A DNA stretch of 64,000 nt from Basidiobolus meristosporus CBS 931.73 (taxonomy: Eukaryota; Fungi; Basidiobolomycota): assembly GCA_002104905.1 (NCBI GenBank), contig MCFE01000014.1:186001-250000 (forward strand). The letters are read 5' to 3'. The translations under genes were made by a program, and so were the position numbers. Below, in pieces: positions 23,622 through 34,885 of this stretch; position 1 is the first letter of the stretch, and each line of letters starts with the position of its first letter. The notes under the pieces were generated by a model that had not been told where the DNA came from, made no database searches, and worked only from the letters and a program-made list of their open reading frames with translations.

Positions 23622-26600
23622 ATTTCAACAAGGAGCTTGTCCAGAATTCTCTGAGATATTTATACTATGCTCTGAGTTGCCAAGTCAAGTGAGTACTTGT
23701 ATATTCTTGTCTGCCAAATAGCTGGAATATAATACATCAGCAGTTGCAGGTTTTGACACTTGGAACTCTGCCAACATTACAATGGTTTTCTACTGGCCTT
23801 TGTTTACATTTTTTCTTAGGGACTTTAGCTGAACTTAAAGCAAGCCTATAAGTAAATTATCAAAGATCAAATTTGTAAGATATTTTCAAAGGGAGAGCCA
23901 GGTAGCTATTAAAATTTCCCAGGCTTGTCTAAAAGCCCCTGGGCTTTGCACATTTCTTGCAGGGACCATACTTTGAGTGTACTTATCATTTTTAAGAGCT
24001 CTCATGACAGTTCCAATGCTTAATTTGATATCAATTTAACAACTAGCAAATATTGTAAAATACTTCTAGTTCCGTAAATAGCCCTGAATACTCCCTGGAG
24101 TCTTGCAGTATAGGTCTGTTGGGTCAGTTGAACATTAGTGCTGCAGTTAGTAAGATTTACATAGATATATGGACGCACATCTCATGAGTGTACTTACAAG
24201 ACCATCCATAAAGCCCTCGTGCCTATTGTTCATAGTGTTCAACAGCAAAGTAATATCCAATAATGATATCAAGTTCAGCAAGGTACATAAAGAGCTATAG
24301 TTCATTTATATAAGACAAGGCGAAACCTGTAATTTTGACTACAAAACGCCGGATGGTTCTTAATACTGATTGCCAGTGCTCAAACTTTTCAATTTTTACT
24401 CCTCTTGGAGTAATATCCAGATGATTACTTATTAGCACCCTTCTGAATAACAGAGCAGTTAGTAACCGGGAGAGATTTGTTATGTTCAGAAGAGCTTATT
24501 AAAATGACACAATGATTATACGGGATTATATAAAAGTCAGGTGTGAGCTTACTAGATCAGTACTGTAAAATATTGCAAGGAATGACCTCTCCTTTGTCCA
24601 TGAATCTCTCATAAACCCATACTAATAGGTTGTCAAGTATGCATATTGCTCTTGCGAGACTGGGCGAGGTCTACTGTGAGATGCATTGGGTTGAGTCTTG
24701 GGAGAGGGTATGTAGGAATTGGAAAGTTTCTGTGACTTCCAAAAGTTCGAATTCTGATTAATCGCCAACCAGCGTCTGAAGTTGACCTACATGAAAAGCT
24801 ATGGGGTCCATTGAGGCCCAGACACAAAATATAGGGGAGTTTCATTAACTAATGGACACTAACTACTTAGTACAAGTACTATATCTTAAGGTTTCTTGGC
24901 GAAATCCTCGGGTTAGAGTACACCACAAATGTGGCTGACTGATAAGATAAATTGCTAGACATTCGCATGGGCTAATCACTCCCGTAGCTGTAGGAAAATA
25001 CGGGTAGGAAGCTAGAGGGCGTTAGCTTTGCGTCTGGGAGAGCAATTTCTCGAGTCATATTAGTGAGTTCATTCCAAGGAGTACTTAGCGATATACCGTA
25101 GAAGGTAAATCCGATTGAGAAATAAATTGCAGGTACTATGAATCTCTACCGCCCCTTCCAAACCTGCCAAGCAAGTCTATTTGAATTCTTGGCAAGATCG
25201 GTGACATGTGACAATTGTTTGTTTTTGGATACCTGCGAGCTTAGTAACTTGGGGCTTGCAAAGATGCTGAGTAATGATGCAACAGTTGCTGCGAACCCGC
25301 TGGCACCACGAAAATTGGTTTCTGTATGTGCAAAACTGGAAATGAAATTGGCCCAGTTTGGCATCCAATATCCATCCACGCACCTGATAAATGCAAGACA
25401 ATGATTTAGCCTAATTAGGAAACACAATGAGTTGGGTGCGTAGATTATATGAAAGTGCCATCCTCCGGATGAATAGATCGAGGGCTGGTGTTGATAAGAG
25501 GATCAGTTGCCCAGCTCAAGAGCTAAACCACTCTATGCTTTGCCAAGAACTGATGACGAAAGTACAGCGAAGCCGTTGGCGTTGATATGGCTGAATATTG
25601 CCCCTCTATGCAGTTTTTTAGTCTGGCCAGACTCTAGACACCTCTGAACAGCTTCATGGGAGTCTGAGAGGTTGGCTGAGACACCAATTAATCCACCCAA
25701 AGCTGCTCAAACAAATGATATTTGAGCAACTAGCATATGACGCTCTTGCCTTCTAAACAGCGGCTATATTTGTAATGTTATAGATAGAACTGGATGTTCC
25801 AATCAAACATCGGTGTCATATATGGCTACGATCAGGAGTGCCATGGATTCCCCGAAGATATAGGCCAATAGAATTGCCGTTGGAATAGGCCATCCATGAA
25901 GATCACGAATGGTATCATCAGATGTTGCATCGGGATATATACTAAATCGAGAGTGCTCCTCTCGAAACTCACCTATTGAATTGCAACTGTTCCACGACCA
26001 GTGGTTGTGTGAAGATTAATTTTTGTTATGATTCTTATTAAATGCGTATGGCCCTTTATTAGTTAGAAACAAGACGAGTGTCACAATGTAACACTGTCTA
26101 TGACATGACAAGCAGAGGTCAAGATGAAATTTAACTTCTGGCATCTGCGCAACCATCTGTATCGTAGTCTGGATTACTAAAAATCTACACAACAGCAGCT
26201 TCGTCGTTGCGGTTCAGTGGCCAATACGGTTCGAGACATCAAGTGGCATATGGCCGAATATTCGTGTTGCGGTAATCAAAAAATCGCCCAACACGAAGCG
26301 TGATAATTGGCATGCAGGTGGACTCAAAGTTACTCAAGTGGGAGTGGTGGGGAAGCCAGAAATCTGCCACGTATCCGTGTTCAGAGCAAGTTTAATGTGA
26401 GTCCTGGCCAGATAATCCTCCAGCAATCAGTAAACTTGATTCCATCACTGGTAGCTGCCTGATGAGAGTCGTAGTTAAGAGCACGGCAACTCAGTGCCAT
26501 TTCTTAACAGCTAATATGTCGCATACGAGTCGAAGCTACTTAGGTTCTGTGCCTCCTCGCTATAAGAGAATTCCTGATAATTGATAGGATCTTGCATACC

Positions 26601-27508
26601 CGATAAAAATGCAATGGAGGGAGTATTGTGATTCTAAAGCTTACCATCAGCATCGTGCGTGGCTAGCAATATTATATGTTAATATCACCATGCTGGCAAG
26701 TCTAAACATGAGTTTGTAACATCGTTTTGGTATCACAATTCTATTCGTGGATATATTTAATCTCTGATCACGCAGCTGATGCCAACATGATGCTATTGGG
26801 GAAGGCGCATATCACTATGGCGGCCATGAGCGTTATCGTTTGTCAACTTATCGGAATTTCCAAACCTGGCCAGCACGCCTTTCACTTATTTTTATCTGCT
26901 CTATAGCAGAAACTTGATTGGTGCCGCCATCGCTATGGACTGTTTTAAAGGAGCCCTTGGGAGTTGATTTGGTAACGTCGAGGAAATGGCGACCTTCAAG
27001 GTGTTTTTAGGGTTGCATTTCGAAACGTCCTGAGGCCTAGTCTCAGTCAACAGCTGCATGGCCGAGTGCCTGATTGTTGGCAGCCTTTCTAGCTGGAGTG
27101 TTTTTTATCACTTATTCCATTCCAGTTTGCCTGCGAGTTCACTTTCTGGCGCCAATAGAATGGCAATTAATTGGCACGTTCTCCGAGTGCAATGGAAATC
27201 TCAAGCAACGAAGCGTAATATTTTTCTATGGATACCGTGGATTAAAACCATGGGTATTTCTGGCATATTTCCATCTATGGATGTGTAACACTCTCCCCTA
27301 TAGAGGATGAGCCGGGTTATACCGCTAAAGGAAGAATCTATGTTACCTATGATAATTGGCGCTACTAGCCAAGGATGGATCCTAGGGTATCGACGACTTG
27401 CTATAAAGGAGCCCATCGAGTGGCCGGCTGCGAAATACCAGCAGCATTATTCCGTTTCTTTTGTTTAAGGTCTTGTTTTTTGACACCGTTAGCTTCGGCA
27501 GTTGAGAT

Positions 27509-29176
27509 ATGAAAAGTATTCCCAACTCAGCCAGATACGGCTGTAGAGCCAGTCGTGTGGCCAAATATGTATTCATCATTGCTCTTATCTTTTGCATCAT
27601 CATATCTTTGCTAGGCTTTGTCAATGTTGACAGAGACTATACAAGCTACGTCGAAGGCCTGGCTTCCAGACGAACAAACCCCACTTTAGAAGCCGAAGAT
27701 GCCCAGTTCCATCCCATGCCCCTCAACGACCTGATACAGATGTTCCCTAAAGACACGAACTATTTCCTTTACAACTGGCTTAGTTTCTTAGGATTCAACA
27801 ATGTACGCTACATGATCGAGCATGCTTACTACTACGGGGAGCTGATGAATCGCACAGTGGTTCTTCCTCACCGAGTTCACTGTCGATCCTGTCTCCACGA
27901 GGGGTATTGCCGCGTACTAGGCCATGCCGTGGACGATTCCAAGATTATGGATCTACCAGATGGCAAGGATGGTCGGTATCGCTGGAGTATTCCAATTGAG
28001 GAGTTTATTGATATGAAGCACATGATGGACAACAGTGGCGGGAAAATGATCCGGATGCAAGATTTCCTGCGTCTGCAACTCTACTATCAGGATTTAGATC
28101 GATACCCTGATGTTCAAGAGGAGAAACGAATTACCTATTGGAACAACATAGATCCAATCGAATACCTGGAGAGAGTACGGGGTATCATATTCCAGGACGG
28201 TAGCGCAGACAACTTCACCCTGGCCTTCCCTGAGTTGTCTTACGTAGGGGTGGATCGAATCAATGATGTCTGCGCAAAACCGAATTCCGTCGATGATCTA
28301 AATCTAGTCAAAGAGAGGGCGGCACAGCGGCTGGAAGCCAAACAGACTACCGTCGACCTTTACGGGTACCCAGATGAGCCCAACTACAGTGTCCGGGAGT
28401 TCGTCACTAAACCCATCTCACTGGAAGAGGTCGAAGGCCTTATTGGCTTTGCTCAGGAATTCAGCACCGACGTTTATCCACAGAAAATGTTGCACTTTAC
28501 GGGTCGCTATATTCATTGGTTCCCCCGACGACAGTTCTGGTTTGCTTCTGAGGAAAACCGCAACAAATACGACGACTTCGTCCTCAATGTCTTCAAGCAC
28601 CCATACTCGGTCCGAGAGGCCTCCAACCATTTAATTCGTAACCTGGAGAGGATTATGATAGGAGCTGGGATCTCTCCAATCGTGGAGAATGTCACCATGG
28701 CATCCACAGGTAAACATGTTGAGTTAATTAATTTCCTCGGAATCCACGCTCGACGCGGTGATTTCATCCGATACAACTGGCTATCGGATTTGTCCTCCAC
28801 CGAGGCATGGCAGCAGGCAATGGTCAAGTTGACTAGCGCCTTGAAGAAGCAAAAAGGTCTGAAGATTTTCTACCTTGCCACGGACGAAACCTCACCCGAT
28901 GCCTTTGACGATCTCTATCAGCACGGAATGATCCGTATCTATGATCTGATGGATCAGGAGTTTGTGGCGAAGTACAGCCATTTGGCTACCTTTGGGGACT
29001 GGTTAGCGCTCCTAGATCAAGAGGTACTGGCTCGAAGCAGGTTTTTTGTCCCTACCTATCTAAGCTCTGTCTCCGGCGGGATTCTGAACATGAGGAAGAA
29101 ACAGGGGGTTGAGGACAGCCCAGCCACCAGAGAATGGATTAGTACGTTGCTAGAGCAGATGAATATCAGAATGTAA
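27509..29176 (+). CDS. O-fucosyltransferase-family glycosyltransferase (GDP-fucose protein O-FucT-like), type II membrane protein, intronless, 555 aa
   Basis: Single N-terminal TM (YVFIIALIFCIIISLLGFV); GFNNVRYM..HA....ELMNRTVVLP; LGIHARRGDF; FYLATDE; LLDQEVLARSRFFVPTYLSSVS. These motifs are typical of POFUT/O-FucT GT-B enzymes. Confidence 0.82.
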   Translation: MKSIPNSARYGCRASRVAKYVFIIALIFCIIISLLGFVNVDRDYTSYVEGLASRRTNPTLEAEDAQFHPMPLNDLIQMFPKDTNYFLYNWLSFLGFNNVRYMIEHAYYYGELMNRTVVLPHRVHCRSCLHEGYCRVLGHAVDDSKIMDLPDGKDGRYRWSIPIEEFIDMKHMMDNSGGKMIRMQDFLRLQLYYQDLDRYPDVQEEKRITYWNNIDPIEYLERVRGIIFQDGSADNFTLAFPELSYVGVDRINDVCAKPNSVDDLNLVKERAAQRLEAKQTTVDLYGYPDEPNYSVREFVTKPISLEEVEGLIGFAQEFSTDVYPQKMLHFTGRYIHWFPRRQFWFASEENRNKYDDFVLNVFKHPYSVREASNHLIRNLERIMIGAGISPIVENVTMASTGKHVELINFLGIHARRGDFIRYNWLSDLSSTEAWQQAMVKLTSALKKQKGLKIFYLATDETSPDAFDDLYQHGMIRIYDLMDQEFVAKYSHLATFGDWLALLDQEVLARSRFFVPTYLSSVSGGILNMRKKQGVEDSPATREWISTLLEQMNIRM

Positions 29177-29703
29177 ATGGCTCCAGAACCACATCCCAAT
29201 CAAATCAAAGTGTATAAATTTTTAGTGTATTATTCCGATATCAACCCATCATCACCTGTATTCACTTAATCCTTCCCGCAGACGGAAGTGACTAATTAGC
29301 CTCCAATCTTCAGCGGTTGTTTCCCACCCCCATACTAAATAAAGCCTGCGAGGCACATCTAGAGTATTTCTAGCCGTAACCTGCTACAACCTATATGCAG
29401 TGCCAAGACTCTCAATGCCAAGAAACCTCAAAGTTCTAATAATAGGCTGGGCCTTGCTAGGGTTCCTGGTGATGCTTGGTGACATCAGCGAGCACCAGTT
29501 CAAAAATGGGTGGGATCTCAAAAAATCTGCCATGAGCATTCATTTATACTAAATAAACACAATCAAGCATTAAAGCTCCGTTGTGTTACTTTAATTAAAA
29601 TCATCCGTAAATCGGATTCACGATTAAGGTATCGATCAATCCACCAACCAATCAATAAATAACTAAATTAAACTTATTATATGCCATACGCCACTTGGGG
29701 GAT

Positions 29704-30081
29704 CTAGAGGGATACATACAGAGTCACTCTGGGAAGACAGACGATGGCACGGACCTTAAGAAGACCAAGTGCATCAACTTTAGCGGTGATGGACTGCTTG
29801 AGGATATTGCAGTTATTTGAGACTTGGCTAGCGGCTTGTTCAATCTCAGCTGGGACAGGCTTGGAAGCATCCAAGCAGACCACTACATCAACGTTGGCAA
29901 GATGAGCAACCTGGGCAGTGACTAAGACATTGTTGCATGTGCTGCTCAAGATAGGACCAACGATAGGCGCAACTGGCTTGACCAATTCGCCGACAACTGG
30001 AGCCAGATCAAGAGGCAATGGAGCGGCAAAAGCAACGCTGAGAAGAGCAGTGAGGCAGACAATGGCGGTGAAGAATCTCAT
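29704..30081 (-). CDS. Small secreted protein of unknown function, 125 aa, 4 conserved Cys (paralog 1)
   Basis: ATG 30081 gives the signal peptide MRFFTAIVCLTALLSVAFA. It aligns without gaps to 31017-31394 (83/125 identical by hand count). TATAAA lies about 95 bp upstream. Confidence 0.9.
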   Translation of the reverse strand: MRFFTAIVCLTALLSVAFAAPLPLDLAPVVGELVKPVAPIVGPILSSTCNNVLVTAQVAHLANVDVVVCLDASKPVPAEIEQAASQVSNNCNILKQSITAKVDALGLLKVRAIVCLPRVTLYVSL

Positions 30082-30176
30082 ATTATCCAGTAAAGACAGT
30101 TGTGGTGAGTAGACCAGGCTGAGTGTAGAAGGAAATGAAGCTTTGTTGTTGTCTACTGTGGTTTGGCGGCCCAAAA

Positions 30177-30182
30177 TTTATA
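30177..30182 (-). promoter_or_regulatory. Putative TATA box of secreted paralog 1
   Basis: TATAAA on the minus strand about 95 bp upstream of ATG 30081; the position mirrors that of paralog 2. Confidence 0.5.
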
Positions 30183-30926
30183 CCCTTTCGAAGATGCTGC
30201 GCAGAAATTGAACTCCAAGTACTCCTAAATGTACATGTACCAGCCTAAATTAAAAATGCCAGCTTCCACGGTGGTTTGACATAACGTCTGGATGCGCCCT
30301 TACTTTACCATCCTACCTCCCATAATGCATCCGTCTTGACAACTGGCTTAGCATATAGCCATGCTGGTTTAGATTTACCCTCTCTAACCAGTCATCAGGT
30401 GTCATTGATGGGTGAATGCTGAGGTATTCTCATACATAAATTTAATAACACATGCAGTTGGAATAAGGCATCGATTAGGCTTTCGGCTGCTGAATGTAGG
30501 GACATGTTTCCATGCCGTAAATGACTTCAGAACTTAGCGTTACCACCTGGCTTATTTTCCCATATGATCACATACCAGCAACGGATGCAAGTGCCCTTAA
30601 CACAGCATGATTTAGGGGTAACTCACTAAAACTCTAAACGGCCATAATGAGATCAAGATTGCTCCATAGCATTGCGATAGCAGTCACCAGCAGGTTCAAT
30701 CTGGTTAGAGAGGTACTTTAAGTATCAGGGTTGAAAATGCAGCGCATTGATTTCCATCTTTGCCTGAATGGCTTCCTTTACAATCTTTGTTGATACTGCA
30801 GTATGCAATACCCCGCCAAATCTCAACAATCTTGATTGAACTGGTATCATCCGAACGTCATATCGTTGGAAAGAGCCCTGCCTCTTGGGCCAATGACACA
30901 TTGAAATCCGTATCTGCGACATGGTG

Positions 30927-30933
30927 TATAAAA
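30927..30933 (+). promoter_or_regulatory. Putative TATA box of secreted paralog 2
   Basis: TATAAAA about 90 bp upstream of ATG 31017. Confidence 0.5.
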
Positions 30934-31016
30934 GCCCTGCTTGGGAACTGACTCCATTCATCATTCAATTGCCAGCCAATCATAACTCAATAGAAACCAG
31001 TCTTCTGTTTACAAAC

Positions 31017-31394
31017 ATGAAATTTCTCACCGTCCTCCTCTGCCTCGCCGCTCTTCTTAGTGTTGCTTTCACTGCACCATTACCGCTTGATCTTGGTTCG
31101 GTTGTTGGTGGCTTGACTAGACCCGTCACACCGGCTGCTAGCTCTGTTCTGCATACCAATTGCAATGATGTTGTGGCCAAGGCCCAGGTTCTCAACCTCG
31201 TCAATGTTGACGCAGTAATCTGCTTGGATAGCACCAAACCAGTCCCTGTCGAGGTTGAGCAAGCAGTTAGTCAGGTTTCTCATGACTGCAACATCCTCAA
31301 GAACTCCATCACCGCCAAGATCGATGCCCTGGGGCTTCTTAAGGTTCGCGCCTTGGTTTGCCTCCCCAAGGTCGTCCTGTATGTTTCCCTCTAA
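31017..31394 (+). CDS. Small secreted protein of unknown function, 125 aa, 4 conserved Cys (paralog 2)
   Basis: Signal peptide MKFLTVLLCLAALLSVAFT; the same C-X19-C-X21-C-X23-C spacing as paralog 1. Confidence 0.9.
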   Translation: MKFLTVLLCLAALLSVAFTAPLPLDLGSVVGGLTRPVTPAASSVLHTNCNDVVAKAQVLNLVNVDAVICLDSTKPVPVEVEQAVSQVSHDCNILKNSITAKIDALGLLKVRALVCLPKVVLYVSL

Positions 31395-33099
31395 CTATCC
31401 CGATGGCCTATATTGCCTGAAACTGAACCCACCAGTTCTGGTCTATCTTTGGGAATATCTACACTACACCCTCTAATATTATCAATAAACTGTTATCCCT
31501 AGGACTCGTTCGTTCGTGGTTCCTTGCGATGGAGAGATGATGAGCATATTTTCAAGTAATGGTCCTAGTCCATGTTAAATTCAAATATGGCAAGACTCAA
31601 AAAGCGTACAGAGCTGGTACTTCGACTAAAGATGGCAACTTTTCGGTGGTGCCCAGGTATTGTGAGCCACGTGCAAAATACCCAAATCTGTTTGAATTGT
31701 GGCCACTGCTTTTCGAGTAGTTCATCTGACATGGTTTCATAGGGAAACGGAACAGTTCCCATATGCGGTTTGTACCTTGCTTTAGATCCGATGTATTTTT
31801 GTACGATGACGTCTTACAAAGTTCGGGAATTGAAAGTGGATGCATATCATGTTCGTGCATGCATCAGATTAAGTACAATAATTAATATATATGGGTTAAG
31901 TCGACTTCGTGAAGCTGATTAATTCTTATGCATGACTTGTAGCCACATTAGCATCATCTTGCATGACCTCAATGCCGGTTGATATATACAAAGCGTAATC
32001 ACACTGGATTGAATTCCCATTCTGATATATTTGCCATATGGTTTCGTACATGACTGGTGGACGTGAAGGCCTTTTATTGCTGATCGGAGAATTCTCCAAA
32101 TTTTCGCAAAGGGCTCCGGGGTCTTGAGATGTGTAAATAGATGGGAAATGTGACTTGTATGTTAAAGGGTTGATAAGGCAAAGAATGTGTTTGCATCTAG
32201 GATTCGCGTAAGTTTTGGAAACTACTCGCAAACTATTATATAAATGGTTACTAGCGTCTTGTACGAAAGACTTTTAACATATACCAGTAACGCAAGGAAA
32301 CTTCTGAATAACCTGACTCTACCACATAAAATGAGCATGAATAGGTAAAAATAACAATCTATATTGCAAATCAGTAATTACATTCCTATAATCGCTGAAG
32401 TTTATTTGCTATCAACTACCTCATGCCTAGACATCGTTGTTATGCTAATCGGGGTTATGCTTGTAGTGCTGGAGACTGACAATGAGTATTCAAGTTCTGA
32501 TGCCTTGGAATTTTTATTTCTGGCAAGTACCAGTTTTTATTTTAAATCATAATCATTTAGCCACATGTTTGCCATGTAAGGGCAAATAAATGATCAGATC
32601 ACCATGTGGTATTCTCCAAGCTATCAATGGTTGTACTTTGAGTTAATTCTGTGCATCTGTAAAACCTCAACAACTCTTGCAAACTGATGGCCATTAATTT
32701 TCAACATCATTACTTTCAGCAGTAGTAGCAGTCAGAAACATACCCATATGATAAAACTTACAGACTTGAGTAATAGTGAGTGGCCTTCATAGAGCTTTCA
32801 ATTTTTTTTTGCTCTTAGTCACTTGTATACACTGTATTTGATGCTTTGAAAACCTGCATATACTGTAATATGGCTTGCAAGGTCCAAACTTTGAGTAACA
32901 AGCCCACTCTCTTAAGAATAGACCTCACTTCTTTTAGCCACTTTCACAAAGCATAATACTTGCAGTGAGCATATCTCTTCACTTTGAAGCTGAAAAAGTA
33001 TCATTGTTTATTTGCTTGCCATTACTGTTACATACTAATTAGTGACATGGCTGGCTCTAAACATAAGCACCAGAATTACTGAGACTACATAACTATTTT

Positions 33100-33240
33100 C
33101 TGCTCAACCTTAAATGGCACTCATGCACCCATTCCCCTATGAGAAAAGATTACTAGGTACCAGCTTAACACCAGCAGAAATCCAACTTACCCAAGGTTAC
33201 AACTTTCAATAGGAGAAGTTCTAGCATTATTGGAGACAAA
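33100..33240 (+). repeat. Old dispersed repeat fragment, also present at about 12540-12630
   Basis: Shared CCAGCAGAAATCCAA...TTACAA.TTTCAATA..AGA.G.TCTAGC. Confidence 0.55.
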
Positions 33241-33257
33241 TAGCCGTATGCTCTCAA

Positions 33258-33297
33258 TGTTGTAAGAGTCTTGGAGATATTACAAATTTTTACAACA
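33258..33297 (-). mobile_element. 40-bp mini-LTR made only of the two fused LTR termini
   Basis: TGTTGTAAGAGTCTTGGAGATATT joined to ACAAATTTTTACAACA; flanks CTCAA/CTGAA are a 4/5 TSD match. Confidence 0.8.
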
Positions 33298-33539
33298 CTG
33301 AAAAGTACTGTGGCTGGGTAAACCTTTTGCAACGTATCAAAGTAGTCAGCACATTGTCTCCTGCAACATGAAAATTGAATCTAAAGCTCAATGGGGCTTC
33401 AGCATAATACAATATGATATTCAAGTTTGGTATTTCTCAGTGTTCATTCTGTACCAATTCAAAATGCTTGTTATCACCCTATCCCTGTTATAGCATTTGT
33501 ACTTCACCTAAATATTTGCTTGACTCAGTCATTATGATT

Positions 33540-33883
33540 ATAGTCTGCAAATCTGAGAATATCTTGGGCAGATTTCTTGTTGGGATTTACTTGACATGGT
33601 TTGCCAAAGTATCATATATCCTTAACATGCAGATCTCTGTTATAAATTTTGTGATTACACCTAAGTTTTCCCCTAACTTAGTCACTTAGACCAATACATA
33701 TATATCTTAGAGAATTCTGACCAGATTCTTAGTTGGGATTCACTCAGAATATTTTCACCAAAATACCAAGTACCCAGTCCAAACCATGTAAAACTCAAGT
33801 ATCACTTTCACAGTCAATAAATTATCAAGTGAAAGCCACATAACCTGGTTGTTCTCCCAATCATTTCTAGCAATCCCAGTTTT
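33540..33883 (+). mobile_element. Degenerate LTR fragments of the same family
   Basis: cctaacttagtcacttag, gttgggatt.act.agaatattttcacc, gttctcccaatca. Confidence 0.7.
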
Positions 33884-33888
33884 TCAGG

Positions 33889-34238
33889 GGTTGTAAGAGT
33901 CTTGGAGATATTGGAAGTGATTTGGGAGGACAAGTAGATTATGTGGTTTTCACTTAATGATTTATTGAATGTAAAAGTAGTATTTATACTTTTACATGGT
34001 CTTGGCATTAAAAACACGTAGAATAGGTTACGCAAGGTCCCAAGAACATGTGTGCAAAGTTTGGGGCTGTTTGGACAACTTTGAGAATTTTCATGTTCTG
34101 GATACCTGGTAATTTGGTGAAAATATTCCAAATAAATCCCGACAAGGAATTTGGTCAGTATTCTCTAGGATTTGAAGGTGATGATCTATGTGACTAAGTT
34201 AGGGGAGTATTTAGGTGGAATTCCGAATTTTTACAACA
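33889..34238 (-). mobile_element. Solo LTR (350 bp) with 5-bp TSD TCAGG
   Basis: (G)GTTGTAAGAGTC...TTTTTACAACA, with the terminal T mutated to G; TCAGG at 33884-33888 and 34239-34243. Confidence 0.92.
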
Positions 34239-34249
34239 TCAGGGAGTAA

Positions 34250-34885
34250 TCTTAATATTGGAAGTGATATCAGCAGCAAGTTCATCAAGTGTACAGTTGG
34301 AGCTGTATGCTAGCATTATCCCAACAAACTGATAATATAAGACTCTGGGGAGTTTTGGACGTGATTTGGAGAAATAGAGGCACTGCGTTATGACCACTCA
34401 TTTTTAGATAGAGTGTAAGTACAGTGAGTATTTTCAAGAGAGTTTATAATGATTATGATAAAATATCTTCAGGGTGCTCCAAGGAAGCTATATGCAAAAT
34501 CTGGGGGCTTTTGGAAAGCTCCGAGAGCTTTATATTCTGGGTACTTGACATTGTGGTTGACCATTCTAAGTGAGCTCTGATAAAGAGTCTGGACTGCTGA
34601 TAATAAGGTTCATAAATCTGTTGTAAGAGCTTCGCAGATATTGGAAGTGATTGGGAGGATAAGTGCTTGCATATGACATTTGAAAATATATCTGTATCCA
34701 CTTCATTAGTTAGACAGTTTGATAAGTAAAATTTCTTACCCCTCCTAGTAAATTGTGTGTGTTTTGCCAAGACCATGTAAAGGTATAAATCCCACTATTA
34801 CATTGAGTTACTCATGGAGTGAAAGACACATAATTCATTTGTTCTCCTAACCAATTCCAACATCTTAAAGATTCTCATAACAGCG
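34250..34885. mobile_element. Heavily decayed LTR fragments
   Basis: tgttgtaagagc..gatattggaagtgattgggag at about 34620; gccaagaccatgtaaaggtataaat at about 34765. Confidence 0.65.

Noticed and set aside
29704-31394. Longer ORF-track starts for the secreted pair (30174 and 30921)
   Set aside because: The paralog alignment and signal peptides begin at ATG 30081 and 31017. The extensions are unrelated to each other and overlap the TATA regions.
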